Assembly (NCBI GenBank): GCA_965242865.1
Contig: CBDETK010000013.1
Location: 2,624,001-2,688,000, forward strand
DNA length: 64,000 nt
Direction of reading: 5' to 3'
Source of the DNA: Candidatus Latescibacterota bacterium
Lineage (GTDB): Bacteria; Latescibacterota; UBA2968; UBA8231
In this document: in pieces, positions 18,194 to 27,132 of the stretch
How the letters are laid out: each line of letters begins with the position of its first letter
Position numbering within the stretch: position 1 is the stretch's first letter
Position numbers and translations under genes: made by a program
The notes under the pieces: model-generated
What the model was told of the DNA's origin: nothing
Databases searched by the model: none
What the model saw: the letters and a program-made list of their open reading frames with translations, nothing else

Positions 18194-19639
18194 TCACCTG
18201 AACTCAGTGGTCCCCTTCATCGGTCTCGATCTAGACGGGACAACCGCTCCCAATCCTCTCGGAGTCTGCAACCGTTCCGGTGCTAGGATGCGACCCGGCG
18301 TCACCGTCGCCCATACCGGACCGCTCGCCCCTACATCGTTGACCGCCCGCACCGCAATGGAGTAGGACTGCCCAGGGCTCAACCCGCCCACCGCAAAGGA
18401 AGACACCGCCCCCGGAGCCAATCCCGCCAACGTCGTCGCATCCACGCCTGCGGATGTCCACCCCAAAAGCTGGGCCACCCCTTCGTAGAGTTGGTACTCA
18501 TAGCCGGTCAGTGCCGAGGGGTTGGACATGGGCTTGAACACCGACACGTTCACCCGACCCGCCGCCGAATACACCGACACCTCCGGCGCATCTGGCGCCC
18601 CGGTTTGCACTGGCGCATCCGCATCGCGTTGGGGGTGCTTGCCGGCACCGAGTATGGTGCGCACATGATTAACCACACCTCGCAACACCCAGCCCATAAT
18701 GTCCTTATAGTAGTTGACCACAGCCCATACTACCCGGCCTACATACTCCGCATGCGTGGCGTAGCGAGACCGATCGGGCTCGGCCATCACCGGCCCCGGA
18801 CCGCTTTCGTCCACCTTCACTACTCTCACGGCCACCGGGTAATTGGTAGAGAGTGCTGGCAAGCCGTGGTCGGAGGCCACCACGGTCACCTGATAGTCGG
18901 TGTCGGTGGGAGGGATCCCGGACCGACGTTCGTAGTCTGGCACGAACCGGAACAAAAGGTCCATCGTATTGCGTTCCATGTCGGTGGTGAACGTGAAAGC
19001 CCCTGCATCCCGACCCGCCAGCGACCACGTAATCGGGTCGCCTTCTGCGTCTCGCACCGAGTAGGTGGCCACTATTTCTGGGCCGTTTTCCGCAAAGGAG
19101 ACGCTTTCGAGGCCCGCGATGACCGGCGCGGTGTTGAGCGTCACCACCGCCCTGTTCGAGGCCGGACCCCACCCCGCGGCGTTGTGTGCCCGCACCTCAA
19201 AGGTATAGGTGGCCCCGTTCGTTAAGCCCATCACTCTGTACTCAGCGACGCTGGCGACGGACATATCCTGCCAGTCCTCTGAATCCGGTCGATATTGCCA
19301 AGCGTCGAGGGTGGGATTGTGCGGATGGTCCCAGCGCAACGTGGCCGCGCCATCGCCGGCTTCCGCGACCAAGTTCGTCGGGGCCAAGGGGCGAAAAACT
19401 AGCGGCTGGTTGTTGGCGGTCTCGTAGTCCGTGGCGGCGGATGGCAACGTCCCGCTCAAGCCGAGCAGAACCGTCAGGGTCCCCATCACCGGCCAGTCGC
19501 TAGTACGTGGATAAATTTTTGTTGATCGGCTTGGCCGAAAATTGTCAGAAATACGGTCCGCCAAGACGCGGACCTCGTCGTCGCTGGGCAGGTGCTCTGG
19601 GGCAAAGGCGGAGAAGGATTCGTAGCGCGGCAATTCCAT
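18194..19639 (-). CDS. FN3 + cadherin-like + FN3 mosaic protein, probably a rearranged remnant
   Basis: APTNLVAEAGDGAATLRWD..YTFEVRAHNAAGWG..NTAPVI..LSTNYPV parallels about 23650-24250 of the large gene; unrelated-looking N-terminus. Confidence 0.6.
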   Translation of the reverse strand: MELPRYESFSAFAPEHLPSDDEVRVLADRISDNFRPSRSTKIYPRTSDWPVMGTLTVLLGLSGTLPSAATDYETANNQPLVFRPLAPTNLVAEAGDGAATLRWDHPHNPTLDAWQYRPDSEDWQDMSVASVAEYRVMGLTNGATYTFEVRAHNAAGWGPASNRAVVTLNTAPVIAGLESVSFAENGPEIVATYSVRDAEGDPITWSLAGRDAGAFTFTTDMERNTMDLLFRFVPDYERRSGIPPTDTDYQVTVVASDHGLPALSTNYPVAVRVVKVDESGPGPVMAEPDRSRYATHAEYVGRVVWAVVNYYKDIMGWVLRGVVNHVRTILGAGKHPQRDADAPVQTGAPDAPEVSVYSAAGRVNVSVFKPMSNPSALTGYEYQLYEGVAQLLGWTSAGVDATTLAGLAPGAVSSFAVGGLSPGQSYSIAVRAVNDVGASGPVWATVTPGRILAPERLQTPRGLGAVVPSRSRPMKGTTEFR

Positions 19640-19678
19640 GCTGTCATCGGCTTTGGTGAAGGCTGATTCCGGGTGCTT

Positions 19679-19711
19679 GGCCGGCGGCGCACACGATCCG
19701 CGCCGCCGGCC
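19679..19711. other. GC-rich hairpin (12-bp perfect stem)
   Basis: GGCCGGCGGCGC-acacgatcc-GCGCCGCCGGCC. Confidence 0.6.
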
Positions 19712-19758
19712 CTAGCCGTTGTCAAGAGCCGTTTCGTCGGCTGACAAGCGGTTTTTTT

Positions 19759-19792
19759 GCGGACCGACCCTTGAGGTTGCGGGTCGGTCCGC
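19759..19792. terminator. hairpin just downstream of the large adhesin gene (terminator or 3' stabiliser)
   Basis: GCGGACCGACCC-ttgaggttgc-GGGTCGGTCCGC, 5 nt after the stop; followed by an A-tract rather than a U-tract on the coding strand, so not canonical. Confidence 0.5.
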
Positions 19793-19797
19793 TTGGT

Positions 19798-22700
19798 TCA
19801 AGCACCCCGTTGACGGACGGTTAGTTGCAGCGAGTAGGTGTCGGTGTCGCCATCAGTGTCGCGCACGGTCCACGTAATCCCACACTGTCCTGTCGAGCGC
19901 GGCGACCCGCTGACTGAAGAGGATGTAGCCGTTAGGCCAGCGCAGCTACCGCTGACTGAGTACCTCAAGGGCGCGTTGCCACTCCGGGCCGAGGGACGGG
20001 TGAAACTGAAGTACTGTCCCACGATCGCCGATCTGGAAGTGCCCGATGAGGCAAACGTAGGCGACGTGTCAGCGGCGACCGAGATTTGCAGCGAGTAGGT
20101 ATCCGTGTCGCCATCAGTATCCCGCACCGTCCAGCTAATCCCACATCGGCCTGCCGAGCGCGGCGAACCACTAACCGACGAGGATGTAACCGTTAGGCCA
20201 GCGCAACTGCCGCTAACCGAGTAGCGCAGAGGCGAGTTGCCGCCGCTGGCTGAGGGACGACTAAAACTGAAATACTGGCCCGCAATCGCCGACCTAGACG
20301 TCCCCGACGAGGCAAACGTAGGCGACGTGTCGGCGGCCACCGAAATCTGCAACGAGTACGTGTCGGTGTCGCCATCGGTATCCTGCGCTGTCCAAGTAAT
20401 CCCACACTGTCCAGCCGAACTCGGCGACCCACTCACCGCAGAGGTCGTCACCGTTAAGCCAGCGCAGGTGCCCCTGACTGAGTACGTCAAAGGCGTGTTA
20501 CCACCGCTGGCCGATGGACGACTAAAGCTGAAAGACTGACCCGCAATCGCAGCCCTTGCCGCACTCGACGCGGCGAATGAAGGCTCGGTGTCAGCGGCGA
20601 CCGTGATTTGCAGCGAGTACGTGTCGGTGTCGCCATCGGTGTCCTGCGCTGTCCAAGTAATCGCATACTCTCCTGCCGTACTTGGCGACCCACTGACCGC
20701 AGAGGCCGTCACCGTTAGGCCGGGACAGGTCCCGCGGACTGAGTAGCTCACGGGTGCGTTACCACCGCTGGCCGACGGACGAGTGAAACTGAAAGACTGG
20801 CCAACTATTGCGCCCTCTGAGGTCCCCGACGCGGCGAAAGAAGGCTCGGTATCGGCGGCGACCGTGATTTGCAGCGAGTACGTGTCGGTGTCGCCATCGG
20901 TATCCTGCGCTGTCCAGCTAATCCCACACTGTCCTGCCGTACTTGGCGACCCACTCACCGCAGAGGTCGTCACCGTTAAGCCAGCACAGGTGCCCCTGAC
21001 TGAGTACGTCAAAGGCGCGTTGCCGCCGCTGGCCGACGGACGAGTGAAACTGAAAGACTGACCCACGATCGCAGCCCTTGCCGCACTCGACGAGGCGAAT
21101 GAAGGTTCGGTGTCGGCCGCCACCGTGACTTGCAGCGAGTAGGTATCCGTATCGCCATCGGTGTCCTGCGCTGTCCAAGTAATCGCATACTCTCCTGCCG
21201 TACTTGGCGACCCACTGACCGCAGAGGACGTCACCGTTAGGCCGGGACAGGTCCCGCGGACTGAGTAGCTCACGGGTGCGTTACCACCGCTGGCCGACGG
21301 ACGACTAAAGCTGAAAGACTGGCCAACTATTGCGCCCTTTGAGGTCCCTGACGAGGCAAACGCAGGCTCGGTATCGGCAGCAACGGAGATTTGCAGCGAG
21401 TAGGTGTCGGTGTCGCCATCGGTGTCCTGCGCTGTCCAAGTAATCGCATACTCTCCTGCCGTACTTGGCGACCCACTGACCGCAGAGGCCGTCACCGTTA
21501 GGCCGGGACAAGTCCCGCGGACTGAGTAGCTCACGGGTGCGTTACCACCGCTGGCCGACGGACGAGTGAAACTGAAAGACTGGCCAACTATTGCGCCCTC
21601 TGAGGTCCCCGACGCGGCGAATGAAGGCTCGGTATCGGCGGCGACCGTGATTTGCAGCGAGTAGGTGTCGGTGTCGCCATCGGTGTCCTGCGCTGTCCAA
21701 GTAATCGCATACTCTCCTGCCGTACTTGGCGACCCACTGACCGCAGAGGACGTCACCGTTAGGCCGGGACAGGTCCCGCGGACTGAGTAGCTCACGGGTG
21801 CGTTACCACCGCTGGCCGACGGACGACTAAAGCTGAAAGACTGGCCAACTATTGCGCCCTCTGAGGTCCCTGACGAGGCAAACGCAGGCTCGGTGTCAGC
21901 GGCGACCGTGATTTGCAGCGAGTACGTGTCCGTGTCGCCATCGGTGTCGCGCACCGTCCAAGTAATCCCACACTGTCCAGCCGTACTCGGCGACCCACTG
22001 ACCGCAGAGGACGTAACCACCAAGCCGGGACAGGTACCGCGGACCGAGTAACTCACGGGCGCGTTGCCGCCGCTGGCCGACGGACGAGTGAAACTGAAAG
22101 ACTGACCCGCAATCGCAGCCCTTGCCGCACTCGACGAGGCGAATGAAGGCTCGGTGTCAGCGGCGACCGTGACTTGCAGCGAGTACGTGTCCGTATCGCC
22201 ATCGGTGTCGCGCACCGTCCAAGTAATCCCGCATTGTCCAGCCGTACTCGGCGAACCGCTGACCGCAGAGGTCGTAACCACCAAGCCGGGACAGGTACCG
22301 CGGACCGAGTAGCCCAAAGGGGCGTTGCCCCCGCTGGCCGACGGACGGGGAAAACTGAAAGGCTGTCCCGCGATCAACGATCTGGAAGCACCTGACGAGG
22401 CAAACGCAGGCTCGGTGTCGGCGACAACAGAAATTTGCAGCGAGTACGTGTCCGTATCGCCATCGGAGTCTGTAACCGTCCAAGTAATCCCACATTGGCC
22501 GATTAAACTCGGCGACCCACTCACCGACGAGGCGGTCACCCTTAGGCCAGAGCAGGCACCGCGGACCGAGTAGCGCAAAGGAGCGTTGCCCCCGCTGGCC
22601 GACGGACGGGGAAAACTAAAATACTGGCCTATGACCGCGGACCGGGAAGCACTCGACGAGGCAAACGCAGGCATGATATCCGCATCGTTGTCGAGCAGCG

Positions 22701-25700
22701 TCACCGTCGCCTGTCGCGTCGTACCGGCGGCCACTCCCGAAAGCAGACGCCCAAACGACAGCGTCACCGTCTCGTCGGCAATATCGGTGTCCTCGTTGGC
22801 CGTCAGCGTAAACGACTGCGACGACGTGCCAGCGGCAAACGACACCCACACCGTGCCATCCGTCAGCCCCGCCACCGCGTAATCGCCCGCCTCAGTGCCC
22901 GCATCCGCCGACACCACCACCGGAATGTGCAATGTCTGCGCGGGTGCTGGCGACAGCGACACCGTGATGGACGCGCCAGTGCCCCCTTCGGTCGCTTGGT
23001 AGGACACGGCCCCAAACGACGCGGTCCCCGACCAAGCCTGCGGCGGTGCCTGCGGCATCGTCGAGTGCGAGGCCGACGCCCCCGCGCCAGTGCTATTGAC
23101 CGCCCGCACCGCAAACTCGTAGAGCACCCCATTGGTCAGTCCTGTAACCGTACTATCGCGGGCCGTGCTGCCGCCCAACACAGGGGACCAACCCGGCCAG
23201 CCATGCCCCGAATTAGCCACCCGCCATTGAACTTCATAGCGGGTCACTGGCGAGCCATTGGCCGAAGCCGCATCCCATCCCAAGACCACCCGACCATCCC
23301 CCGGCGAGGGCACAAAGTTCGGAGGCGCACCCGGCACCCCGGCGCGCACTGGCGCGGTCTCCATGCTCGTCGCGGTATTGCCCCCGCCGAGGGCGTCGCG
23401 ATAGGATTTGAGCAGTGCTCGCAACGCCCAGCCCACCTGAGCGACCAGCGGCGTGTAGCTCACAGACGCCTCGTCCGACGCCGCGCTCGAAAGAAGCTGC
23501 CACGCCGTCGTACCCGGTTGCTGTCCCTGCCATTGCCAGTCTAGGTGGGTCACACCCCCATCCGGATCGGTCAGTTCCGCGGTCAACGGCACCCCTACCT
23601 GCGGCGAGGACGTACTCAGCGACACTACGCCGGGATCATTCGCATTCGTCACCGTCACCGTCACCGGATAGTTGGTAGCGAGTACCGGCGTACCATTGTC
23701 AGTAGCCACCACGGTCACTTGGTAGATATTGTTTGTGCCGCGGTCTGTCGGAGGCGATTGGTCCGGTGGGTGCGCTCGATCCGTCGGCCCTTCAAAATCT
23801 GGCCTCGTCCGAAAGGTCAACTCGCCGTTCGTACTCAGGTTGAAATCAGCCGAATCCGTACCCGTCAGCGACCACGTAATCGCATGGCTTTCCGCGTCGG
23901 TAGCCATGTACATGGCCACCGTCCCCGTGCCGTTCTCGCCAAAAGAGGGGTGTTCATCGCCCGTGATCACCGGCGCGGAGTTGAGTGTCACCCCAGCACT
24001 GTTCGAGGCTGGCCCCCATCCTGCGACGTTGTGCGCCCGAACCGCAAAGGTATAAGTGGTCCCGTTGGTCAGGTCCATCACCGTATATTCGTCGGTGTCC
24101 GCGTCGCTGTCGGACATAGCCTGCCAGTCCCCCCCATTCTGTTGGTATTGCCAACCATCGATGGTGGAGTCGTCCGGATCATCCCAGCTCAACGTGGCCG
24201 CATCATCGCCGGCGATCACGGTCAGGTTCTCCGGTGCCGAGGGACGAAAAGTGATGTCCACCGTCAGCCTATCGTTGGGGTCGGAGCGGGTGATGTCGGT
24301 GATTGCTAACCCCACATCGCCGGGGTCGGGCTGCCGACCCCCTCCACGCGTCGCCCTCAGAGTCATCTGGCGCAGACCCATCCCAGCTATCTGGGTATCA
24401 ACCGCATTAACCGCCGGCTGTATAAGCCTGACGTCGTCCCCCACCCGCACGGTGTCCGCCGCCACTGGAAACGGATCGTAGAGCATGTCTTGGTATTCAT
24501 GGATGGCTGGGCTATAACCTCGGTCGCGGGCGTTCATGAACCGCCGCCCGTCGGCCGTGATCAGTATCGGACGCTCGATAAGGAAATTGGGATTGAAACG
24601 GCGGCGCCAGATAAATAGACCTGGGTCTCTATCCTCGTATTCGTAATACGACACGTAGCGGCCAAACGAGCGGCCATTACTCCCGTCGTGAGTGCGCCGT
24701 TCCAGCAGGTACTCAACCTGACCCCGGTTGGTTGAACGGATAATCCGATGTACCGTCCCCGGCTCAATGACGTAATCGTCCTGATTATCAGTGATGTCTG
24801 TGGGAGTCAACCAGCCTAGGTCCCACCGATAAAAGGGGTTGATCGGGTTGGGGCAGGAGCGGTAAGCCCTGTAATAGAGTTGCATCGGCCTGCTGCTGTC
24901 TGTCTCTTGCGGCCCGGCCCCCGACCCTTGCATCAACCCCCAATCCATCAGGTTGGCCGTATTATCAGTGGTATCAGCAGCGGCTGATGTGTACGGATTG
25001 GGGCCTCTCCACTGGCCGCCAGGGTGGTTGAGACCCAGCAGGTGGCCGATTTCGTGGGCGTGGATGAAAATCCCGGCGAACTCGTCAATGTCATGGTCGT
25101 TGGTACCCCAACCTTGGCGCTCGCCCATGACATAGCGGTAGCCTACTTGAGTAGGCATGCCTGCCCTATCGGTCCTTGTAACCTCATCCACTCGCGGATG
25201 CAGCAGACCTGTGGGATATCGGGCGGTATAGGTGGCCCCGGAATGCAGGTAAACTACCTTGCGGCGCAAGCGGTGAGCAGTGTCGTAAGAGTCATTGGGG
25301 AGGTCATTGATGGTGTATCCTGCTACCGACTCCCCGCAGTTACGAGAACCCGAAGTCCCGTTCCAGCAGTTCACCGAATCCCGCGCCGCCGCATACGCGT
25401 CGTCCCAGAACCAATTCCTAATGGCTCTGCTCCGGTCATTTGGCAGCGTTCCTAAAGAGTCTCTTCCAATCTCGGCATAATGGGCCTTGGTTTGCGGCAG
25501 TTCAACCCAGCGAGGGAATCCGTTGGCGGCCGGATTGATCATGCGCACGTGCAATTGGAACGCCCCATTGGACACCGAGTCGTAATACGCCCGCACACTG
25601 CCGAACACTTCCGGCAGCGTATGGCCATTGGCCACCGTGACCGTGTCGCCGACAAAAGGCAAATCCGCTAAGCGGCCATAGCCGCCGCTGAATAGCCGCT

Positions 25701-25971
25701 CAAAATCGCGCAGCGTGTAACTGGTATCGGGATCAGGATACGTCCCGTTGTCGTTGGAGCCGTGGGGCCGATCATGGAGGTGATAGTCGAAGTTTCCCAC
25801 GCGCGTTGTCGCATTCTGAAAGGTGACCAGCACCACGTCTAGCGTGCAGGGATATGTCGTGTCCGCACGAAGAGACGCCCGGCCCGTAATCGCCGAACCG
25901 CGAGCACCCACCACAGACGCACTGAGCGTCTGGATCAAGAGGATCGCTAGCAATGCATATCTGTAGTCCAT
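19798..25971 (-). CDS. large secreted M6-like metzincin protease/adhesin (protease-FN3-cadherin-FN3-Calx-beta-11 Ig-like repeats)
   Basis: Signal peptide MDYRYALLAILL, GSVRAYY, HEIGHLLGLNH zinc motif, WGLM Met-turn, FN3 and cadherin motifs, DETVTLSF..ATVTLLDND; TGATG coupling to upstream gene. Confidence 0.85.
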   Translation of the reverse strand: MDYRYALLAILLIQTLSASVVGARGSAITGRASLRADTTYPCTLDVVLVTFQNATTRVGNFDYHLHDRPHGSNDNGTYPDPDTSYTLRDFERLFSGGYGRLADLPFVGDTVTVANGHTLPEVFGSVRAYYDSVSNGAFQLHVRMINPAANGFPRWVELPQTKAHYAEIGRDSLGTLPNDRSRAIRNWFWDDAYAAARDSVNCWNGTSGSRNCGESVAGYTINDLPNDSYDTAHRLRRKVVYLHSGATYTARYPTGLLHPRVDEVTRTDRAGMPTQVGYRYVMGERQGWGTNDHDIDEFAGIFIHAHEIGHLLGLNHPGGQWRGPNPYTSAAADTTDNTANLMDWGLMQGSGAGPQETDSSRPMQLYYRAYRSCPNPINPFYRWDLGWLTPTDITDNQDDYVIEPGTVHRIIRSTNRGQVEYLLERRTHDGSNGRSFGRYVSYYEYEDRDPGLFIWRRRFNPNFLIERPILITADGRRFMNARDRGYSPAIHEYQDMLYDPFPVAADTVRVGDDVRLIQPAVNAVDTQIAGMGLRQMTLRATRGGGRQPDPGDVGLAITDITRSDPNDRLTVDITFRPSAPENLTVIAGDDAATLSWDDPDDSTIDGWQYQQNGGDWQAMSDSDADTDEYTVMDLTNGTTYTFAVRAHNVAGWGPASNSAGVTLNSAPVITGDEHPSFGENGTGTVAMYMATDAESHAITWSLTGTDSADFNLSTNGELTFRTRPDFEGPTDRAHPPDQSPPTDRGTNNIYQVTVVATDNGTPVLATNYPVTVTVTNANDPGVVSLSTSSPQVGVPLTAELTDPDGGVTHLDWQWQGQQPGTTAWQLLSSAASDEASVSYTPLVAQVGWALRALLKSYRDALGGGNTATSMETAPVRAGVPGAPPNFVPSPGDGRVVLGWDAASANGSPVTRYEVQWRVANSGHGWPGWSPVLGGSTARDSTVTGLTNGVLYEFAVRAVNSTGAGASASHSTMPQAPPQAWSGTASFGAVSYQATEGGTGASITVSLSPAPAQTLHIPVVVSADAGTEAGDYAVAGLTDGTVWVSFAAGTSSQSFTLTANEDTDIADETVTLSFGRLLSGVAAGTTRQATVTLLDNDADIMPAFASSSASRSAVIGQYFSFPRPSASGGNAPLRYSVRGACSGLRVTASSVSGSPSLIGQCGITWTVTDSDGDTDTYSLQISVVADTEPAFASSGASRSLIAGQPFSFPRPSASGGNAPLGYSVRGTCPGLVVTTSAVSGSPSTAGQCGITWTVRDTDGDTDTYSLQVTVAADTEPSFASSSAARAAIAGQSFSFTRPSASGGNAPVSYSVRGTCPGLVVTSSAVSGSPSTAGQCGITWTVRDTDGDTDTYSLQITVAADTEPAFASSGTSEGAIVGQSFSFSRPSASGGNAPVSYSVRGTCPGLTVTSSAVSGSPSTAGEYAITWTAQDTDGDTDTYSLQITVAADTEPSFAASGTSEGAIVGQSFSFTRPSASGGNAPVSYSVRGTCPGLTVTASAVSGSPSTAGEYAITWTAQDTDGDTDTYSLQISVAADTEPAFASSGTSKGAIVGQSFSFSRPSASGGNAPVSYSVRGTCPGLTVTSSAVSGSPSTAGEYAITWTAQDTDGDTDTYSLQVTVAADTEPSFASSSAARAAIVGQSFSFTRPSASGGNAPLTYSVRGTCAGLTVTTSAVSGSPSTAGQCGISWTAQDTDGDTDTYSLQITVAADTEPSFAASGTSEGAIVGQSFSFTRPSASGGNAPVSYSVRGTCPGLTVTASAVSGSPSTAGEYAITWTAQDTDGDTDTYSLQITVAADTEPSFAASSAARAAIAGQSFSFSRPSASGGNTPLTYSVRGTCAGLTVTTSAVSGSPSSAGQCGITWTAQDTDGDTDTYSLQISVAADTSPTFASSGTSRSAIAGQYFSFSRPSASGGNSPLRYSVSGSCAGLTVTSSSVSGSPRSAGRCGISWTVRDTDGDTDTYSLQISVAADTSPTFASSGTSRSAIVGQYFSFTRPSARSGNAPLRYSVSGSCAGLTATSSSVSGSPRSTGQCGITWTVRDTDGDTDTYSLQLTVRQRGA
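19813..22684 (-). repeat. 11 tandem 261-bp (87-aa) Ig-like repeats
   Basis: Unit ADTEPxFASS..GQSFSFxRPSASGGNAP..YSVRGTCxGL..VSGSPS..ITWT..DTDGDTDTYSLQI counted 11 times. Confidence 0.93.
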
Positions 25972-26723
25972 CAGTCCACCTCCTCCTTGACCTGACCCCA
26001 AGACGACGACGGGATGTTCGTGCTCGTGGGCGTCAACAGGTCTTTATACTCCACCGTGCGACCCCCTAAGACCGCCCAGAAGGAGACTACGAAGTTTTCG
26101 AATACTGGGTAAGAGTCAGAGCCAGGGAAAATCGCCGATTCACATGAGACACAGCCGTAGTTCTTGTGAAACGCACAGCTCCCATTGCCTTGCTCAGTGT
26201 CGCGAAACTCGAACAGAGGGGCGAGCAAAGGATCGGGAGAACTCGGTCTCACCTTAATTATGTCCGTTCCACCGGGCTCGACCGTGTAGCCGGCGTCGTT
26301 AGCCCCATCAAAGCGAAACACAGACCGCTCGCCCTCGGCGGTGCGTTCCATCAGGTGCGTACCCTTCCAGCGCAGCTTCTTGCCAGCGATGAAATACGGG
26401 GGGGCTGGCGGCCAGTTGGCCGGCATATCGCTAAGCACGTAATACGTCTTGCCGTCGATGACCTCTGTGCCCTGCACCGTGATGGTGAACTTGGGAAGTT
26501 GGGTAGATTCATCGAGGGGCGAAAATCTATAGTACGCGGGATACCGCTGAATCTGATCATCCCACTGACTGTCTAGGTCATAGTAATCGTGGACATAGGT
26601 CCACGAGTTGCCCACGGCCAGCGGCAGATAGGCCGCCGCTGCGTCGTCCGTGGCGGTGGCTGGCAGTGCCCAACTCAGGCCGAGCAGCACTGCCAAAAGC
26701 AAGTGAATCTTCTTCATTGCCAT
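25971..26723 (-). CDS. secreted hypothetical protein with C-terminal SWGQVK tail
   Basis: GGAGG RBS, signal peptide, YLPLAVGNSWTY motif, ends PTSTNIPSSSWGQVKEEVD. Confidence 0.8.
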   Translation of the reverse strand: MAMKKIHLLLAVLLGLSWALPATATDDAAAAYLPLAVGNSWTYVHDYYDLDSQWDDQIQRYPAYYRFSPLDESTQLPKFTITVQGTEVIDGKTYYVLSDMPANWPPAPPYFIAGKKLRWKGTHLMERTAEGERSVFRFDGANDAGYTVEPGGTDIIKVRPSSPDPLLAPLFEFRDTEQGNGSCAFHKNYGCVSCESAIFPGSDSYPVFENFVVSFWAVLGGRTVEYKDLLTPTSTNIPSSSWGQVKEEVD

Positions 26724-26939
26724 GATGCGTCTCCTCCGTGCGAGATGAGAAATCCGTTCCGTCGGCGATAGGCCAGACAGAGACGGGAAGTGAATGATGA
26801 TTACCAATATACCTAGTGCGGCCTCCTTTTCCGCACCGGCTCCGACTATAATGCACATTTCGTGCCAACGAGCCGACCACGCACAAAAAAAATCCTTCAG
26901 GAAGGCCCTAAAGGATTGAAAAAACAGGAGCTTAAAAAA

Positions 26940-26957
26940 TGTAGAAGTTTTTCTACA
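26940..26957. promoter_or_regulatory. palindromic operator-like site upstream of the adhesin operon
   Basis: TGTAGAA-GTTT-TTCTACA in an AT-rich intergenic region. Confidence 0.45.
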
Positions 26958-27132
26958 CTCCGTCGCTCAACCGTCGCTACTCGTCTTGTTAAATAATTTT
27001 TTGTTCCTATTGAACAACCTTCTATTCACTTAAACAACTTTTTGTTTATCGGCATACACCCTTCCCAAGCCGCCGCCCCAAGCAGCTATGGCAACCCGGC
27101 CCGTGCCGCCAACCGCAGGATAGCACCTCTCC

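Noticed and set aside
19813-22684. Possible CRISPR array or DGR repeats
   Set aside because: Units are 261-bp in-frame coding repeats with no unique spacers, no adenine-specific variation and no cas or reverse transcriptase gene
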